From assembly GCA_938048455.1 (NCBI GenBank), contig CALIUY010000016.1, positions 14,796 through 78,795 on the forward strand: a stretch of 64,000 bases of DNA, read 5' to 3'. The notes below the pieces were generated by a model. It was not told the origin of the DNA. It ran no database searches and was given only the letters and a program-made list of their open reading frames with translations. Both the position numbers and the translations under genes were made by a program. This DNA comes from an uncultured Desulfobacterales bacterium. Lineage in GTDB: Bacteria; Desulfobacterota; Desulfobacteria; Desulfobacterales; SpSt-501. Shown here piece by piece: positions 31,874-42,004 of this stretch (positions are counted from its first letter, which is position 1; each line of letters starts with the position of its first letter).

Positions 31874-34102
31874 ATGCGTCCTCTGCCGCTCAAGAATACG
31901 CTCTGGGTGGCGACCGCCCTGCTCGTGCTGGCCTCCGGGGTGCTCATCTCGCTTTTCGCCGCGCAACGCTACAGCCTAAGTCTGATGGAGGCGGCATCGG
32001 CGCAGGCGGAGCAAGCCGCGCACAAACTCACACTGGACGCCGCGGAGCGCATCCTGATTCACGATCTCCTCGGCCTGCAGCGGCTGCTCGAGGACCAGAT
32101 CGCCAGTCATCCTTCCGTTTCCTACATTTTCATCCTGCACGAGGGCGAGGTCATCAGCCACACCTTCGAAAACGGCGTGCCCGCCGAGCTGATCGCCGCC
32201 AATCAAGCCGCCTCCCGCGAGGGCGCAACCCTGGTTCGCATTGCCTCCGAGGCCGGGGAGCGTTTTCTCGATGTCGCCTGGCCGATCTTCGACGGCCGCT
32301 TGGGGACCTTGCGTATGGGGTTCTCCGAAGAGCCCCTGCGCAAAAAAGTGGACGCCCTCAGGATGGAAATTTTCCTGACCACGGCTTTCATCCTGGCTGC
32401 GGCCCTGGGCGCCGCCCAGATGTCCGCCTATCGCCTGACTCGTCCTCTGCGACGGCTCGCCGCTTCCGTAAGCCGGGCCATCGAGGACTCCGGTGCCCCT
32501 CCCGACGCCGCAGCCCGCCCGCAGGAAGAGGTCTCCCGCCTGGAAACCGCCTTCAACGATCTTCTCCGGCGCATCAAGGAGCATGCGCGAAAGCTGGAGT
32601 CCTCCAACCGTGAACTCGCCGAACGGCACCAACAACTGGATCGCGCTCATCGTCGGCTCGAGCTCGCACTCTCCATCTCACAGGAGCTCTCCTCGCGCGT
32701 CGAGCTTTTCGACGTCTGCCGGCATCTCCTGCATGCTCTTAAAGAGGTCTCGATCTGCCCGCAGATCTCCCTTGCGCTCGTGGATCCGGAAACGGGGGAG
32801 GTCTTCCTGGCAACGAACAGCGGCATCGCCCGGCTCGGGGAAGAGGCCGCGGAGCCGATCCGTGACGCCATCCGCGAGGGCCGCGGCGTACGCCACTTTG
32901 AGCGAGAAAAGATTGCGATCGACGGGCTGCCGGCCGACTGGGGAATGTCCAGGCGACTGGCCCTGCTCCCCTTTCACCATCGCGAGGAGCCCCTGGGGGC
33001 GATGGCCGTCGGATGCCCTACGGATTGCTCCTGCGTTACCCGCGAGCTCGAGCTGGTCGAGCTCATCCTGAACCAAGCCGCCGGGTCCCTGCGTCGCGCC
33101 CTGGGCCACGAGCGGGCCTCACGCAACTTGCAAGCCCGCGTCGAGCCTTCCTCGGGCTTCTGCGGATTGATCGGCAAGGACCCAAAAATGTTATTGATTT
33201 ACCGACTGATCGAGGATGTGGCGCCGACGGATGCGACCATTCTGATCCAGGGCGAGAGCGGAACGGGAAAGGAACTCGTCGCGCGCGCCATTCACGAGAC
33301 CAGCCCGCGCCGGGATAAGCCCTTTGTCGTGATCAACTGCTCGGCCTACCCGAGCACCCTGCTCGAAAGCGAACTCTTCGGTCACGAAAAAGGGGCTTTC
33401 ACCGGAGCCACCCGCCGCCGGCTGGGGCGCTTCGAGCAGGCCCACGGCGGAACGGTCTTTCTCGACGAGATCGGAGAAATCCCGGCCTCGGCCCAGATCA
33501 AGCTCCTTCGCGTGCTGCAGAGCCAGAAGTTCGAGCGCCTGGGCGGAGAAGAGACGCTCTCCGTGGATGTACGCATCCTCGCCGCGACCAACCGCAACCT
33601 CGTGGAGGAGGTGAAGGCGGGTCGTTTCCGGGAGGACCTCTTCTACCGGCTGAACGTGATCCCGATCCAACTGCCGCCGCTGCGCGAGCGGAGAAACGAC
33701 ATCCCGCTTCTCGCCCTGCATTTTCTGCAACGCTTCGCCGGGCGGCAACACAAGGAGATTTCCGGGTTTTCCCGGGAAGCGATGCGTCTGCTCCTCCACC
33801 ACCGCTGGGTGGGCAACGTGCGCGAGCTGGAAAACACGATCGAGCACGCCGCGGTACTCGCCAAGGGCCGGCGGGTGGAGGTGACCGACCTGCCTCCTTC
33901 GCTCGCCGCGGATCTCCAAAAGTCGACCGCCGAACAGGTGATCGGAAAAACGATCACCGGCAATGAAGCCCGCCTCCTGCGAGAGGTCCTTCAAGAGTGC
34001 AATTGGAACAAGACCGAGGCGGCCCAGCGGCTGGGAATCAGCCGCAGCACGCTATACGAGAAGATAAAAAGATACGGCATTCTTCCCCCCACCCTGCACT
34101 GA
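31874..34102 (+). CDS. Membrane-anchored sigma54-dependent activator (2 TM - HAMP - GAF - AAA+ - HTH)
   Basis: TM helices near residues 10-30 and 165-185, HAMP-like linker, GAF-like region, AAA+ (GESGTGKE, GAFTGA, FLDEIGE), HTH (NKTEAAQRLGISRSTLYEKIKRYG). Confidence 0.9.
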   Translation: MRPLPLKNTLWVATALLVLASGVLISLFAAQRYSLSLMEAASAQAEQAAHKLTLDAAERILIHDLLGLQRLLEDQIASHPSVSYIFILHEGEVISHTFENGVPAELIAANQAASREGATLVRIASEAGERFLDVAWPIFDGRLGTLRMGFSEEPLRKKVDALRMEIFLTTAFILAAALGAAQMSAYRLTRPLRRLAASVSRAIEDSGAPPDAAARPQEEVSRLETAFNDLLRRIKEHARKLESSNRELAERHQQLDRAHRRLELALSISQELSSRVELFDVCRHLLHALKEVSICPQISLALVDPETGEVFLATNSGIARLGEEAAEPIRDAIREGRGVRHFEREKIAIDGLPADWGMSRRLALLPFHHREEPLGAMAVGCPTDCSCVTRELELVELILNQAAGSLRRALGHERASRNLQARVEPSSGFCGLIGKDPKMLLIYRLIEDVAPTDATILIQGESGTGKELVARAIHETSPRRDKPFVVINCSAYPSTLLESELFGHEKGAFTGATRRRLGRFEQAHGGTVFLDEIGEIPASAQIKLLRVLQSQKFERLGGEETLSVDVRILAATNRNLVEEVKAGRFREDLFYRLNVIPIQLPPLRERRNDIPLLALHFLQRFAGRQHKEISGFSREAMRLLLHHRWVGNVRELENTIEHAAVLAKGRRVEVTDLPPSLAADLQKSTAEQVIGKTITGNEARLLREVLQECNWNKTEAAQRLGISRSTLYEKIKRYGILPPTLH

Positions 34103-34204
34103 CCGGTCACCCTCTCAAAAATGCCCCGGTCTACAAGAGATTCCCACCCGGAATCATCCGGTTTCGAAACATCAAAAAAATATAGAAAATCAAATTTTTA
34201 ACCA

Positions 34205-34269
34205 ATATCTGGTTCTCGGGTGTCCGGGAATCGTACACCCAACCATACGAAAGCGATATCCCTGGTTCT
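34205..34269 (+). promoter_or_regulatory. Direct repeats ATATC..CTGGTTCT x2, candidate UAS of the ttr-like operon
   Basis: CTGGTTCT at 34209-34216 and 34262-34269 (53 nt apart), each preceded by ATATC. They lie 110-170 nt upstream of the -24/-12 promoter, with an AT-rich tract between. Confidence 0.4.
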
Positions 34270-34375
34270 TGCCGGGACAGGAGCGTCAAGCAGGTCCGAA
34301 AAATAATTTCACGATTTAAAATTAATCGCTTGGGATTATAGATCCCCTCCTGACTGCGAAGCCCTTGTCTTCATT

Positions 34376-34390
34376 TGGCACCTCTCTTGC
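34376..34390 (+). promoter_or_regulatory. Sigma54 (-24/-12) promoter of the receiver-ttrBCA-like operon
   Basis: TGGCACCTCTCTTGC is a perfect consensus, 46 nt before the start at 34436. Confidence 0.8.
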
Positions 34391-34435
34391 TCACGGACAT
34401 AAAATTTAGGTTGACAACCACCAAGGCTTTCCGCC

Positions 34436-34828
34436 GTGATGGCCGGCAATGTCATTCTCATAATCAACGACAGCCTCGAAGAACGCACCCTGATGGCGGC
34501 GATCTTGGATGAGATGAACCTCCGGCTGCGCCGCGCGGATTCCGTCGCCGCCCTCGCCGCAGCGGCCCGGGAAGAAAGCCCCGCGGCGCTGATCGTGGAC
34601 ATCGACGACGTCTCCATGACCAACCGAATGATCCGCGAAATCGCCACCGGTTTTCCCCGCCTCCCGGTTCTGGGCATCTCCTCGCAGCGGTTCCACCCGG
34701 ATCTCGCCGAATCCATCCGCGATTGCATCTATGCCTGTCTTCACCGGCCTTTAGACCCGGATGAGCTGCGCTACTGGCTGAAGAGCATCCTGAAGGACGG
34801 CCCCCCCTTGGAGGAGGTTTCCCCCTGA
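34436..34828 (+). CDS. Stand-alone CheY-like receiver-domain protein
   Basis: [25 protein letters not shown] receiver-like pattern. First gene after the sigma54 promoter at 34376. Confidence 0.65.
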   Translation: MMAGNVILIINDSLEERTLMAAILDEMNLRLRRADSVAALAAAAREESPAALIVDIDDVSMTNRMIREIATGFPRLPVLGISSQRFHPDLAESIRDCIYACLHRPLDPDELRYWLKSILKDGPPLEEVSP

Positions 34829-34916
34829 CGGCGGCTCGAACAAACAGGCGCGGGGAAGCCAACGGTCCGGCGCGCCGAAAAATACCGGAAGATCTCCCGC
34901 ATCACGAGGAGGGAAC

Positions 34917-35669
34917 ATGAGCAGATTTCTGGCAGTGGAGGACCAGCTCGTTCGCATGCAGCGCGATTTGAAACGCGCGCTCGCCGCGGATCCCAAATCC
35001 GTGCGCTGGGGGATGGTGATCGATCTGGCCAAGTGCATCGGTTGTCATGCCTGCACGGTCGCCTGCGTGGCCGAAAACAAGCTGCCCCCCGGCGTCGTCT
35101 ACCGACCGGTGCTCGAGGAGGAAGCGGGCACTTACCCTGCGGTGCGCCGACGGTTTGTCCCCCGTCCGTGCCTGCAATGTCAGAACCCGCCTTGCACCAA
35201 GGTCTGCCCCGTCACGGCCACATACAAAAACGAGGCCGGCGTCGTGGTCGTCAATTACAACCGCTGCATCGGCTGCCGCTACTGCCTCGTCGCCTGCCCT
35301 TACAGCGCCCGCACCTCCGATTTCGGCGACTGGTACACCCGCGAAACGCCCGAGGGTCTAGGAGTCCTGCAGGGAAGGCAAACGGCGGCCGAGGGCTACG
35401 AGACGGAGGCGTCCGCGGAGTACGGCAAAAAGTGGCCGCCGCGGGGCAAGGGCTCCCCCATCGGCAACGCCCGCAAATGCCATTTTTGTCTCCACCGCGT
35501 CGCCGTCGGCATGCTGCCCGCCTGCGTGACCACCTGCATCGGCCGGGCGACCATCTTCGGCAACCGCAACGATCCCGAAAGCCTCGTCTTTGAGCAGATC
35601 GGCTCGGCCCGCGCCTTCCAGCTCAAAGCCGAACTGGGAACCCAGCCCGCGGTGTATTATCTCGCATAA
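34917..35669 (+). CDS. ttrB: 4Fe-4S subunit of a molybdopterin oxidoreductase (TtrB/PsrB/NrfC type)
   Basis: Four Cys clusters: [47 protein letters not shown]. The gene order FeS-membrane-catalytic matches ttrBCA. Confidence 0.8.
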   Translation: MSRFLAVEDQLVRMQRDLKRALAADPKSVRWGMVIDLAKCIGCHACTVACVAENKLPPGVVYRPVLEEEAGTYPAVRRRFVPRPCLQCQNPPCTKVCPVTATYKNEAGVVVVNYNRCIGCRYCLVACPYSARTSDFGDWYTRETPEGLGVLQGRQTAAEGYETEASAEYGKKWPPRGKGSPIGNARKCHFCLHRVAVGMLPACVTTCIGRATIFGNRNDPESLVFEQIGSARAFQLKAELGTQPAVYYLA

Positions 35670-35683
35670 GGGAAGGAGGAGGC

Positions 35684-36934
35684 ATGCATTATCGATTTTT
35701 TCCCCTGCTGAGCATCCTAGCCGTCGCCGGCCTGGCGGTCGGCAGCTACGGGATGGTCGACCGGCTCTGGAACGGCCTTAACCCCGTGGCCTTCGGAAGC
35801 TACGTGCCCTGGGGCCTGTGGGTGGCCTTCTACCTCTTCTTCCTGGGCCTCTCCGCCGGCGCCTTCCTGGTGACGATCCTGACCTATCTTCTGGGAATCA
35901 AACCGTTTTTAGGCATCGGGCCGCTTTCGGCCTTTATGGTGCTGGTCTGCCTCTTCTGCGAAATGCTCTTCATCCTGCTCGACCTCGGCACCATGCACCG
36001 CGCCTTCTACCAATTCTTTCTCACGCCGAGCTTCAGCTCCCTGCTGACATGGATGTTCGTCCTCTTCAACCTGATGGGGCTCATCTACACCCTGAAGACC
36101 TACTTTCTCGTCCGCGGCGATATCATCCGCAAAGCGCAAGGCACCCGGGGCCCGCTGGGGGCGATCTATCGGCTGCTCTCTTTCGGCCGCAGGGAGTACG
36201 ACGCCGCGATGGACGCCGCGGATGAACGGCGGGTGCATCAGCTCGCCTGGATCAGCCTGCCGGTGGGGATGCTCTTCTACGCCACCAACGGCGCCTTCTT
36301 CGCCATTCTGATCAACCGCCCGATCTGGAACAGCGCGCTTACGCCGCTTCTTTTCGTCGCCGCCGCGCTGCTGAGCGGCGGCGCCTTGGTCGCCTTTCTC
36401 ACCTACATGTACATCGACAACGCCGCCGGGCTGCGCGACACGCTGATGCGCTACCTCGGCCGCTCGATCCTCTTTCTGCTCTGCCTGTTTCTCGTGCTCG
36501 AGGCGATGCAGTTCTTCGTCGGCTATCAGACCGGACGCACCGACATCGTCACCAGCCTGAACCACATCACCCTGGGCCGGGGCTGGTGGATCTTCTGGGT
36601 CGTGCATCTCGGCCTGGGAAGCCTGATCCCGCTCGTGCTGCTCGTCTTCGGGGGGGGAAGCCCGCGCGCGACGGCCTGGGCCTGCTTTCTCATCTTCGCC
36701 ACTTTCGTCGCCGTGCGCTACAACTTCGTCATCCCGGATCTCGCCGTCTACAAGCTGGAGGGCCTGGAGTACGTCTTCCGCCACCCCCGGCTGTCGACCG
36801 AGTACGTGCCCAACCTGAACGAGTGGCTTGTCAGCCTGTGGATCATCTCCGCCGGGCTCCTGGCTTTCCTGTTGGGAACCCGCTATCTGCCGATCGTTCA
36901 TCCACACCCGAGAGGAGTCGACCATGCCGCGTAA
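35684..36934 (+). CDS. ttrC: NrfD/PsrC-family integral membrane quinol-interacting subunit (TtrC-like)
   Basis: 416-aa polytopic protein of NrfD type (WGLWVAFYLFFLGLSAGAF). Confidence 0.75.
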   Translation: MHYRFFPLLSILAVAGLAVGSYGMVDRLWNGLNPVAFGSYVPWGLWVAFYLFFLGLSAGAFLVTILTYLLGIKPFLGIGPLSAFMVLVCLFCEMLFILLDLGTMHRAFYQFFLTPSFSSLLTWMFVLFNLMGLIYTLKTYFLVRGDIIRKAQGTRGPLGAIYRLLSFGRREYDAAMDAADERRVHQLAWISLPVGMLFYATNGAFFAILINRPIWNSALTPLLFVAAALLSGGALVAFLTYMYIDNAAGLRDTLMRYLGRSILFLLCLFLVLEAMQFFVGYQTGRTDIVTSLNHITLGRGWWIFWVVHLGLGSLIPLVLLVFGGGSPRATAWACFLIFATFVAVRYNFVIPDLAVYKLEGLEYVFRHPRLSTEYVPNLNEWLVSLWIISAGLLAFLLGTRYLPIVHPHPRGVDHAA

Positions 36935-39900
36935 CATCCCCTCCCCCGTGAACCCGGATCTGGAAAAGGCTGCGGGTTTGAACCGCCGGGATTTCTTGAA
37001 GACGAGCGCCCTGCTCGGCGGGACCGTGCTGCTCGCCGGCTCCACGCCCCCTGCCTGGTCCCGGGGGGACGCCGCCGCCGAAGCCTCCGGCGCCTATGTC
37101 CACCATCGGCCCGAAAACCAGATTCTCTCCGCCTGCCAGCAGTGCAACACCAACTGCGGGATGAAGGTCAAACTGGTGGACGGCAAGGTGGCGAAGATCG
37201 ACGGCAACCCTTACAACCCCTGGTGCTTGACGCCCCAGATCGCCGAAGAGACGCCGCTCGCCCAGGCGGCGACCATCGAGGGCTCGCTCTGCCCCAAGGG
37301 ACAGGCCGGCATCCAGACGCTCTATGATCCCTACCGCATCGTCCAGGTGCTCAAGCGCGCCGGCAAGCGGGGGGAAAACAAGTGGAAAACAATCCCCTTC
37401 GACCAGGCCGTGCAGGAGATCGTCAACGGCGGCGACCTCTTCGGCGAGGGACCGGTCCAGGGACTCAAGGACATCGTCGTGCTGCGCGATCCCAAGATCG
37501 CCAAGGCCCTGGCCGATGACGCCGCCCTGGTTGCGGCGAAGAAAATGACGATTGAGGAGTTCAAACAGAAGCACGCCGACAACCTCCATCTGCTGATCGA
37601 TCCCGACCACCCCGATCTGGGTCCGAAGAACAACCAGTTCTGCCTGAATTGGGGTCGTCTGAAAAACGGCCGGGCCGATCTGCTCCGGGATTTCTTCGCC
37701 CGCTCCTGCGGCTCGGTCAATTACCACGGTCACACGACGGTCTGTCAGGGATCGCTCTACTTCGCCGGCAAGGCGATGAGCGACCAGTTCGTCGAAGGAA
37801 AATTCACCGGCGGAAGCAAATTCTACTGGCAGGCGGACACGGGGAACGCCGAGTTCTGCATCTTCGTCGGCGCCAATCCCTTCGAGGCGAACTACGGGCC
37901 GCCGCTTCGCGGCCAGAAGGTCACCGAAGGCACCGTCGACGGTCGCATGAAAATCGCGGTCATCGATCCGCGCTGCTCGAAAACCGCCGCCCGAGCCTGG
38001 AAATGGCTGCCGGTCGAACCGGTGAACGGAGTCCCGGCGATCGCCATGGCCCTGATCCGCTGGATCATCGAGAACCGGCGCTTCGACGCCGTCTATCTCG
38101 CCAACGCGAACAAGGCGGCGGCCCGGGCCGACGGCGAGCCCACCTGGTCGCAGGCCGCCTGGCTGGTGAAAATCGGCGATGACGGCAAACCCGGCAAATT
38201 TCTGCGGGCCTCCGATCTCGGTCGCCCGACCGAGAAACGCACCCGCAAGGACGGATCCACCTGGGAATTCGACGCCTTTCTCGTCAAGTCCGGCGAGGAA
38301 CTGATCGCTTTCGACCCCAACGACGAGAAAAACGCCGTGGAGGGCGAGATTCTCGTGGACACCGAGGCAAACGGCATCCGGGCGAAAAGCGTGCTGCAGA
38401 TCATTTTCGAGGCGGCGCAAGCCAAAAGCTTCGCGGCCTGGTGTGAAACGGCCGGTGTGCGCGCCGCCGACGTGATCGACATCGCCAAGGAGTTCGTCAG
38501 CCACGGCAAGAAGGCCGTGGCCGACCTGCACCGCGGCGTCTCCCAGCACACGAGCGGCTTTTACAACGTCGCCGCCTGGTATACGGTCAACGCCTTGATC
38601 GGCAACACGGGCTGGCAGGGCGGGCTCTGCAAGGCCACCACCTGGAATCACGACGGCAACCGGCCGGGCAAACCCTTCGATACAACCAAGCGTTTCGCCG
38701 GCACCATCCGCGCCTGGGGCGTGAACATCATCCGCCACAGCGCGGTCTACGACAAGAGCACCCTCTTTCAAGGGTTTCCGGCCAAGCGGCCCTGGTATCC
38801 CTTCTCTTCCGACATCTATCAGGAGGTCATCCCCAGCATCGGCGATCAGTATCCGTATCCGATCAAAGCCCTCTTGCTCTATATGGGATCCCCGGTCTAC
38901 GCCCTGCCTGCGGGACACACGCTGATCGAAATCTTAAAGGATACCCGAAAGCTCCCTCTCTTCATCGCCTCCGACATCGTCATCGGCGAGACCACGATGT
39001 ACGCCGACTACATTTTTCCGGACACGACCTACCTCGAGCGTTGGGAATTCCCCGGGGCCCACCCTTCGGTCGCCCCCAAGGTCTTTCCCATCCGGCAACC
39101 GGCCGTGGCGCCGCTCGTCGCAACCGTAAAGGTTTTCGGCGAAGAGATGCCGATGAATCTGGAGGCGCTGATTCTGGCCCTGGCGGAAAAGCTGAAGCTT
39201 CCGGGCTACGGCGAAAACGCCCTGGGGCCGGGGCTGCACCTCAAGCGGGAGGAAGATCTCTATCTGCGCATGGTCGCCAACGTGGCCTGGGGCGACAAGG
39301 AGGACGGCTCGGAGCGCGTGCCGGCAGCGGACGCCGAGGAGATGCGCATCTTCCTGGAAGCCCGTCGCCATCTGCCGAAGACCGTCTTCGACCCCGAGCG
39401 CTGGAAGAAGGTGGTGGGCGAAGATCTCTGGCCCCATGTCGTCTGGGTCCTCAACCGCGGCGGCCGGTTTCAGAGCTATGCCAAGGCTTACAAAGACGGG
39501 CGTCTCGTGAACGCCTACGACAAGATGATCGGGCTCTACTTCGAAAACCTCGCCACGACGAAGCATGCCATGACCGGAAAACCCTATCATCCCTATCCGG
39601 ACTTCGTCCCCGGGCCTTCGGATTGCAAGGGAAATCTCCTTCGCGACCGCGAGGCGGGTTACGACATGACCCTCATCACCTACAAGTACATCACCCAAAC
39701 CAAAACCCGCACCGTGGGAAACTACTGGCTGAATGCGGTCTATCCTGAAAACTACATCGAAATCTCGGCGGCCGACGCCCGCCGCCTGGGTCTTAAATAC
39801 GGCGATCGGGTGCGGATCGTCTCCGCCACCAACGAAGACGGCGTCTGGGATCTCGGAAACGGCACCCGTCTTCCCATCGCGGGCAAGGTCAAAGTCCTCC

Positions 39901-40136
39901 AGGGGCTCCGGCCGGGGGTGGTCGCCTTCTCGCTCGGCCACGGTCACTGGGCGCAAGGGGCTCTCGCCTTCGAAATCGACGGCAAGACCTTCCGTCGGGA
40001 CGAACGCCGCTTCCGCGGCTTACATGCCAACGCCGCCATGCGGGTCGACCCGGTGCTCGGCAACACGACCCTCGGGGACATGGTGGGGGGAAGCGCGGTG
40101 TTCTATCAGAGTCAGGTGAAGATCGTGCGCGCCTGA
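36924..40136 (+). CDS. ttrA: Molybdopterin oxidoreductase catalytic subunit, TtrA-like (tetrathionate reductase family)
   Basis: ATG 36924 (GAGGAG upstream; 11-nt overlap with the previous gene). Tat motif NRRDFLK; Fe-S motif CQQCNTNCG..CPKG. KRAGKRGENKWKTIPFDQAVQEIVNGGDLFGEGPVQGL and YPYPIKALLLYM..KLPLFIASD..ADYIFPDT closely resemble Salmonella TtrA as I remember it. About 1070 aa. Confidence 0.75.
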   Translation: MPRNIPSPVNPDLEKAAGLNRRDFLKTSALLGGTVLLAGSTPPAWSRGDAAAEASGAYVHHRPENQILSACQQCNTNCGMKVKLVDGKVAKIDGNPYNPWCLTPQIAEETPLAQAATIEGSLCPKGQAGIQTLYDPYRIVQVLKRAGKRGENKWKTIPFDQAVQEIVNGGDLFGEGPVQGLKDIVVLRDPKIAKALADDAALVAAKKMTIEEFKQKHADNLHLLIDPDHPDLGPKNNQFCLNWGRLKNGRADLLRDFFARSCGSVNYHGHTTVCQGSLYFAGKAMSDQFVEGKFTGGSKFYWQADTGNAEFCIFVGANPFEANYGPPLRGQKVTEGTVDGRMKIAVIDPRCSKTAARAWKWLPVEPVNGVPAIAMALIRWIIENRRFDAVYLANANKAAARADGEPTWSQAAWLVKIGDDGKPGKFLRASDLGRPTEKRTRKDGSTWEFDAFLVKSGEELIAFDPNDEKNAVEGEILVDTEANGIRAKSVLQIIFEAAQAKSFAAWCETAGVRAADVIDIAKEFVSHGKKAVADLHRGVSQHTSGFYNVAAWYTVNALIGNTGWQGGLCKATTWNHDGNRPGKPFDTTKRFAGTIRAWGVNIIRHSAVYDKSTLFQGFPAKRPWYPFSSDIYQEVIPSIGDQYPYPIKALLLYMGSPVYALPAGHTLIEILKDTRKLPLFIASDIVIGETTMYADYIFPDTTYLERWEFPGAHPSVAPKVFPIRQPAVAPLVATVKVFGEEMPMNLEALILALAEKLKLPGYGENALGPGLHLKREEDLYLRMVANVAWGDKEDGSERVPAADAEEMRIFLEARRHLPKTVFDPERWKKVVGEDLWPHVVWVLNRGGRFQSYAKAYKDGRLVNAYDKMIGLYFENLATTKHAMTGKPYHPYPDFVPGPSDCKGNLLRDREAGYDMTLITYKYITQTKTRTVGNYWLNAVYPENYIEISAADARRLGLKYGDRVRIVSATNEDGVWDLGNGTRLPIAGKVKVLQGLRPGVVAFSLGHGHWAQGALAFEIDGKTFRRDERRFRGLHANAAMRVDPVLGNTTLGDMVGGSAVFYQSQVKIVRA

Positions 40137-40162
40137 ACCCGAAAAGCCACGGAGAACGACCC

Positions 40163-40873
40163 ATGAAACCTTTCGCGGAACTGCTCCGGCAATCGGCCGC
40201 CGCCCATGGGCACTTGTGTCCGGGGCAGGTGGTCGGCGTACGCATGGCGATGCTCGGCTGCCGGCTGATCGGACTGGAGGAGCCGACGCGCCGCGAGCAG
40301 ATCAAGAAACTGATCGTCTTCGTGGAAATGGACCGTTGCACGGCCGACGCCGTCGCCCACGTCACCGGGGCGAAGCTCGGCCGCCGCAGCCTGAAGTTCG
40401 TCAACTACGGCATCATGGCCGCCTCCTTTCTCAACCTGGAGGCCGGCAAGGCCGTGCGCGTGCTCTCCACCGAGGAGGCGCGCGATCTCGCCGCGGTTTA
40501 CGCCCCGGAGATCTGCGGCCGGTCGCGGCAACAGCTGATCGGGTATTGCCGCATGCCGGACAGTGTCCTCTTCCGCGTGCAGGAGGTGCGCATTGCCTTG
40601 CGGCCGGTCGATCTCCCCGGCCCGAGCCGCAGCAAGGTCGCCTGCGACCGCTGCGGACAAATCGTGCGGGACGGCCGCGAAGTCCGCCGCGAGGGGATGA
40701 CCCTCTGCCGCCCCTGCGCCGAGGGGGCTTACTTCACTCAGGCGCGCGAGATTTGTTGGCCGCAGATGAACTGGACTCCCGGAGAGCCGCCCGGCCTGGA
40801 TGCGCCGCATGACACGGCTGAGGCCCGCTCGAATGGAGAACGGCCGCCCGCCGAGGTGATTGTGCTGCGCTGA
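40163..40873 (+). CDS. FmdE/FwdE-family protein with C-terminal zinc ribbon
   Basis: HGHLCPGQVVGVRMA and FVEMDRCTADAV motifs; CDRCGQ..CRPC ribbon. Confidence 0.8.
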   Translation: MKPFAELLRQSAAAHGHLCPGQVVGVRMAMLGCRLIGLEEPTRREQIKKLIVFVEMDRCTADAVAHVTGAKLGRRSLKFVNYGIMAASFLNLEAGKAVRVLSTEEARDLAAVYAPEICGRSRQQLIGYCRMPDSVLFRVQEVRIALRPVDLPGPSRSKVACDRCGQIVRDGREVRREGMTLCRPCAEGAYFTQAREICWPQMNWTPGEPPGLDAPHDTAEARSNGERPPAEVIVLR

Positions 40874-40939
40874 GGGGGTGGGCTTGCCGCGGAAGCTCCT
40901 TTACCTTACTTTGTACCTTGGAAACATGGACGGGATGCG

Positions 40940-41971
40940 ATGATGAAGAAAATCCGCCTGCAGGACGCCGTGGGGACCCGGCTCGCCCACGACATCACCG
41001 AAATCCGCCCCGGAGAGTTCAAGGGTCCGGCCTTCCGCAAGGGCCATACCGTCTGCGCGGAGGATCTCTGCCGTCTCCAGAAATTAGGCAAAAACCATCT
41101 CTACGTGCTCGAGGTGGGGGAAGACGAGATTCACGAAAACGAGGCCGCGGCCATGCTCGCCGCGGCTCTTGCCGGCCCGGGAACCCAATGGGAAAACGAT
41201 CCGCGGGAGGGCAAGATCGCGATCCGCGCCGCCGGCGACGGGCTGCTTTACGTCAATGCGGCGGCGCTCGCCGCCTTCAACCTCGTCGAGGAGGTGATGT
41301 GCGCGACCCTCCACACCCACAGCCTCGTCGCCGCCGGCAAAATCGTGGCCGCCACACGGGCGATCCCTCTCGTGATGAAGCGCGCGGCGATCGAACGCGC
41401 GGCGGCCATCGCCCGCCAGGAAGGCGGGGTAGTCCAGGTCCGGCCGCTTCGCCGGGCGAAGGCGGGCGTGGTGATCACGGGAAGCGAAGTCTATCACGGC
41501 CTGATTCAAGACCGCTTCGCCCCCATCCTCACGGAGAAGATCCGCGCGCTGGGAGGCGAGGCGGCCTTCGTGCGCTTTGCGCCCGACGACACCGGCCTCA
41601 TCCGCCGGGCGATCACCGATCTGCTCGCCGAAGGCTGCGACCTGCTTTTGCTCTCCGGCGGCATGAGCGTCGACCCCGACGATGTGACGCGTCTGGCCAT
41701 CCGCGAGGCCGGCGCCCATGAAATCCACTACGGCGCCGCCGCCCTGCCGGGGGCGATGTTTCTGGTGGCCTGGATCGGCGACACCCCTCTCCTCGGGGTG
41801 CCCGCCTGCGGCCTGTATCACCGCACCACGGTCCTGGATCTCATCCTGCCGCGCATTCTCGCCGGCGAACGCATCGGGAAAAAGGAACTCGCCTTTCTCG
41901 GTCACGGGGGGCTGTGCCAGGATTGCAAGCCCTGCGTCTTCCCGCACTGCGCGTTCGGCAAAGGGGCCTGA
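40940..41971 (+). CDS. Molybdopterin-binding (MoeA domain III / MoCF_biosynth-like) protein
   Basis: VVITGSEVYHGLIQDRF..DLLLLSGGMSVDPDD..PGAMFLVAW..PLLGVPAC pattern. Lacks a full-length MoeA N-terminus. Confidence 0.7.
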   Translation: MMKKIRLQDAVGTRLAHDITEIRPGEFKGPAFRKGHTVCAEDLCRLQKLGKNHLYVLEVGEDEIHENEAAAMLAAALAGPGTQWENDPREGKIAIRAAGDGLLYVNAAALAAFNLVEEVMCATLHTHSLVAAGKIVAATRAIPLVMKRAAIERAAAIARQEGGVVQVRPLRRAKAGVVITGSEVYHGLIQDRFAPILTEKIRALGGEAAFVRFAPDDTGLIRRAITDLLAEGCDLLLLSGGMSVDPDDVTRLAIREAGAHEIHYGAAALPGAMFLVAWIGDTPLLGVPACGLYHRTTVLDLILPRILAGERIGKKELAFLGHGGLCQDCKPCVFPHCAFGKGA

Positions 41972-42004
41972 TTCCTCGACCGTCCAGGAAGGAGCAACAT
42001 CCCG

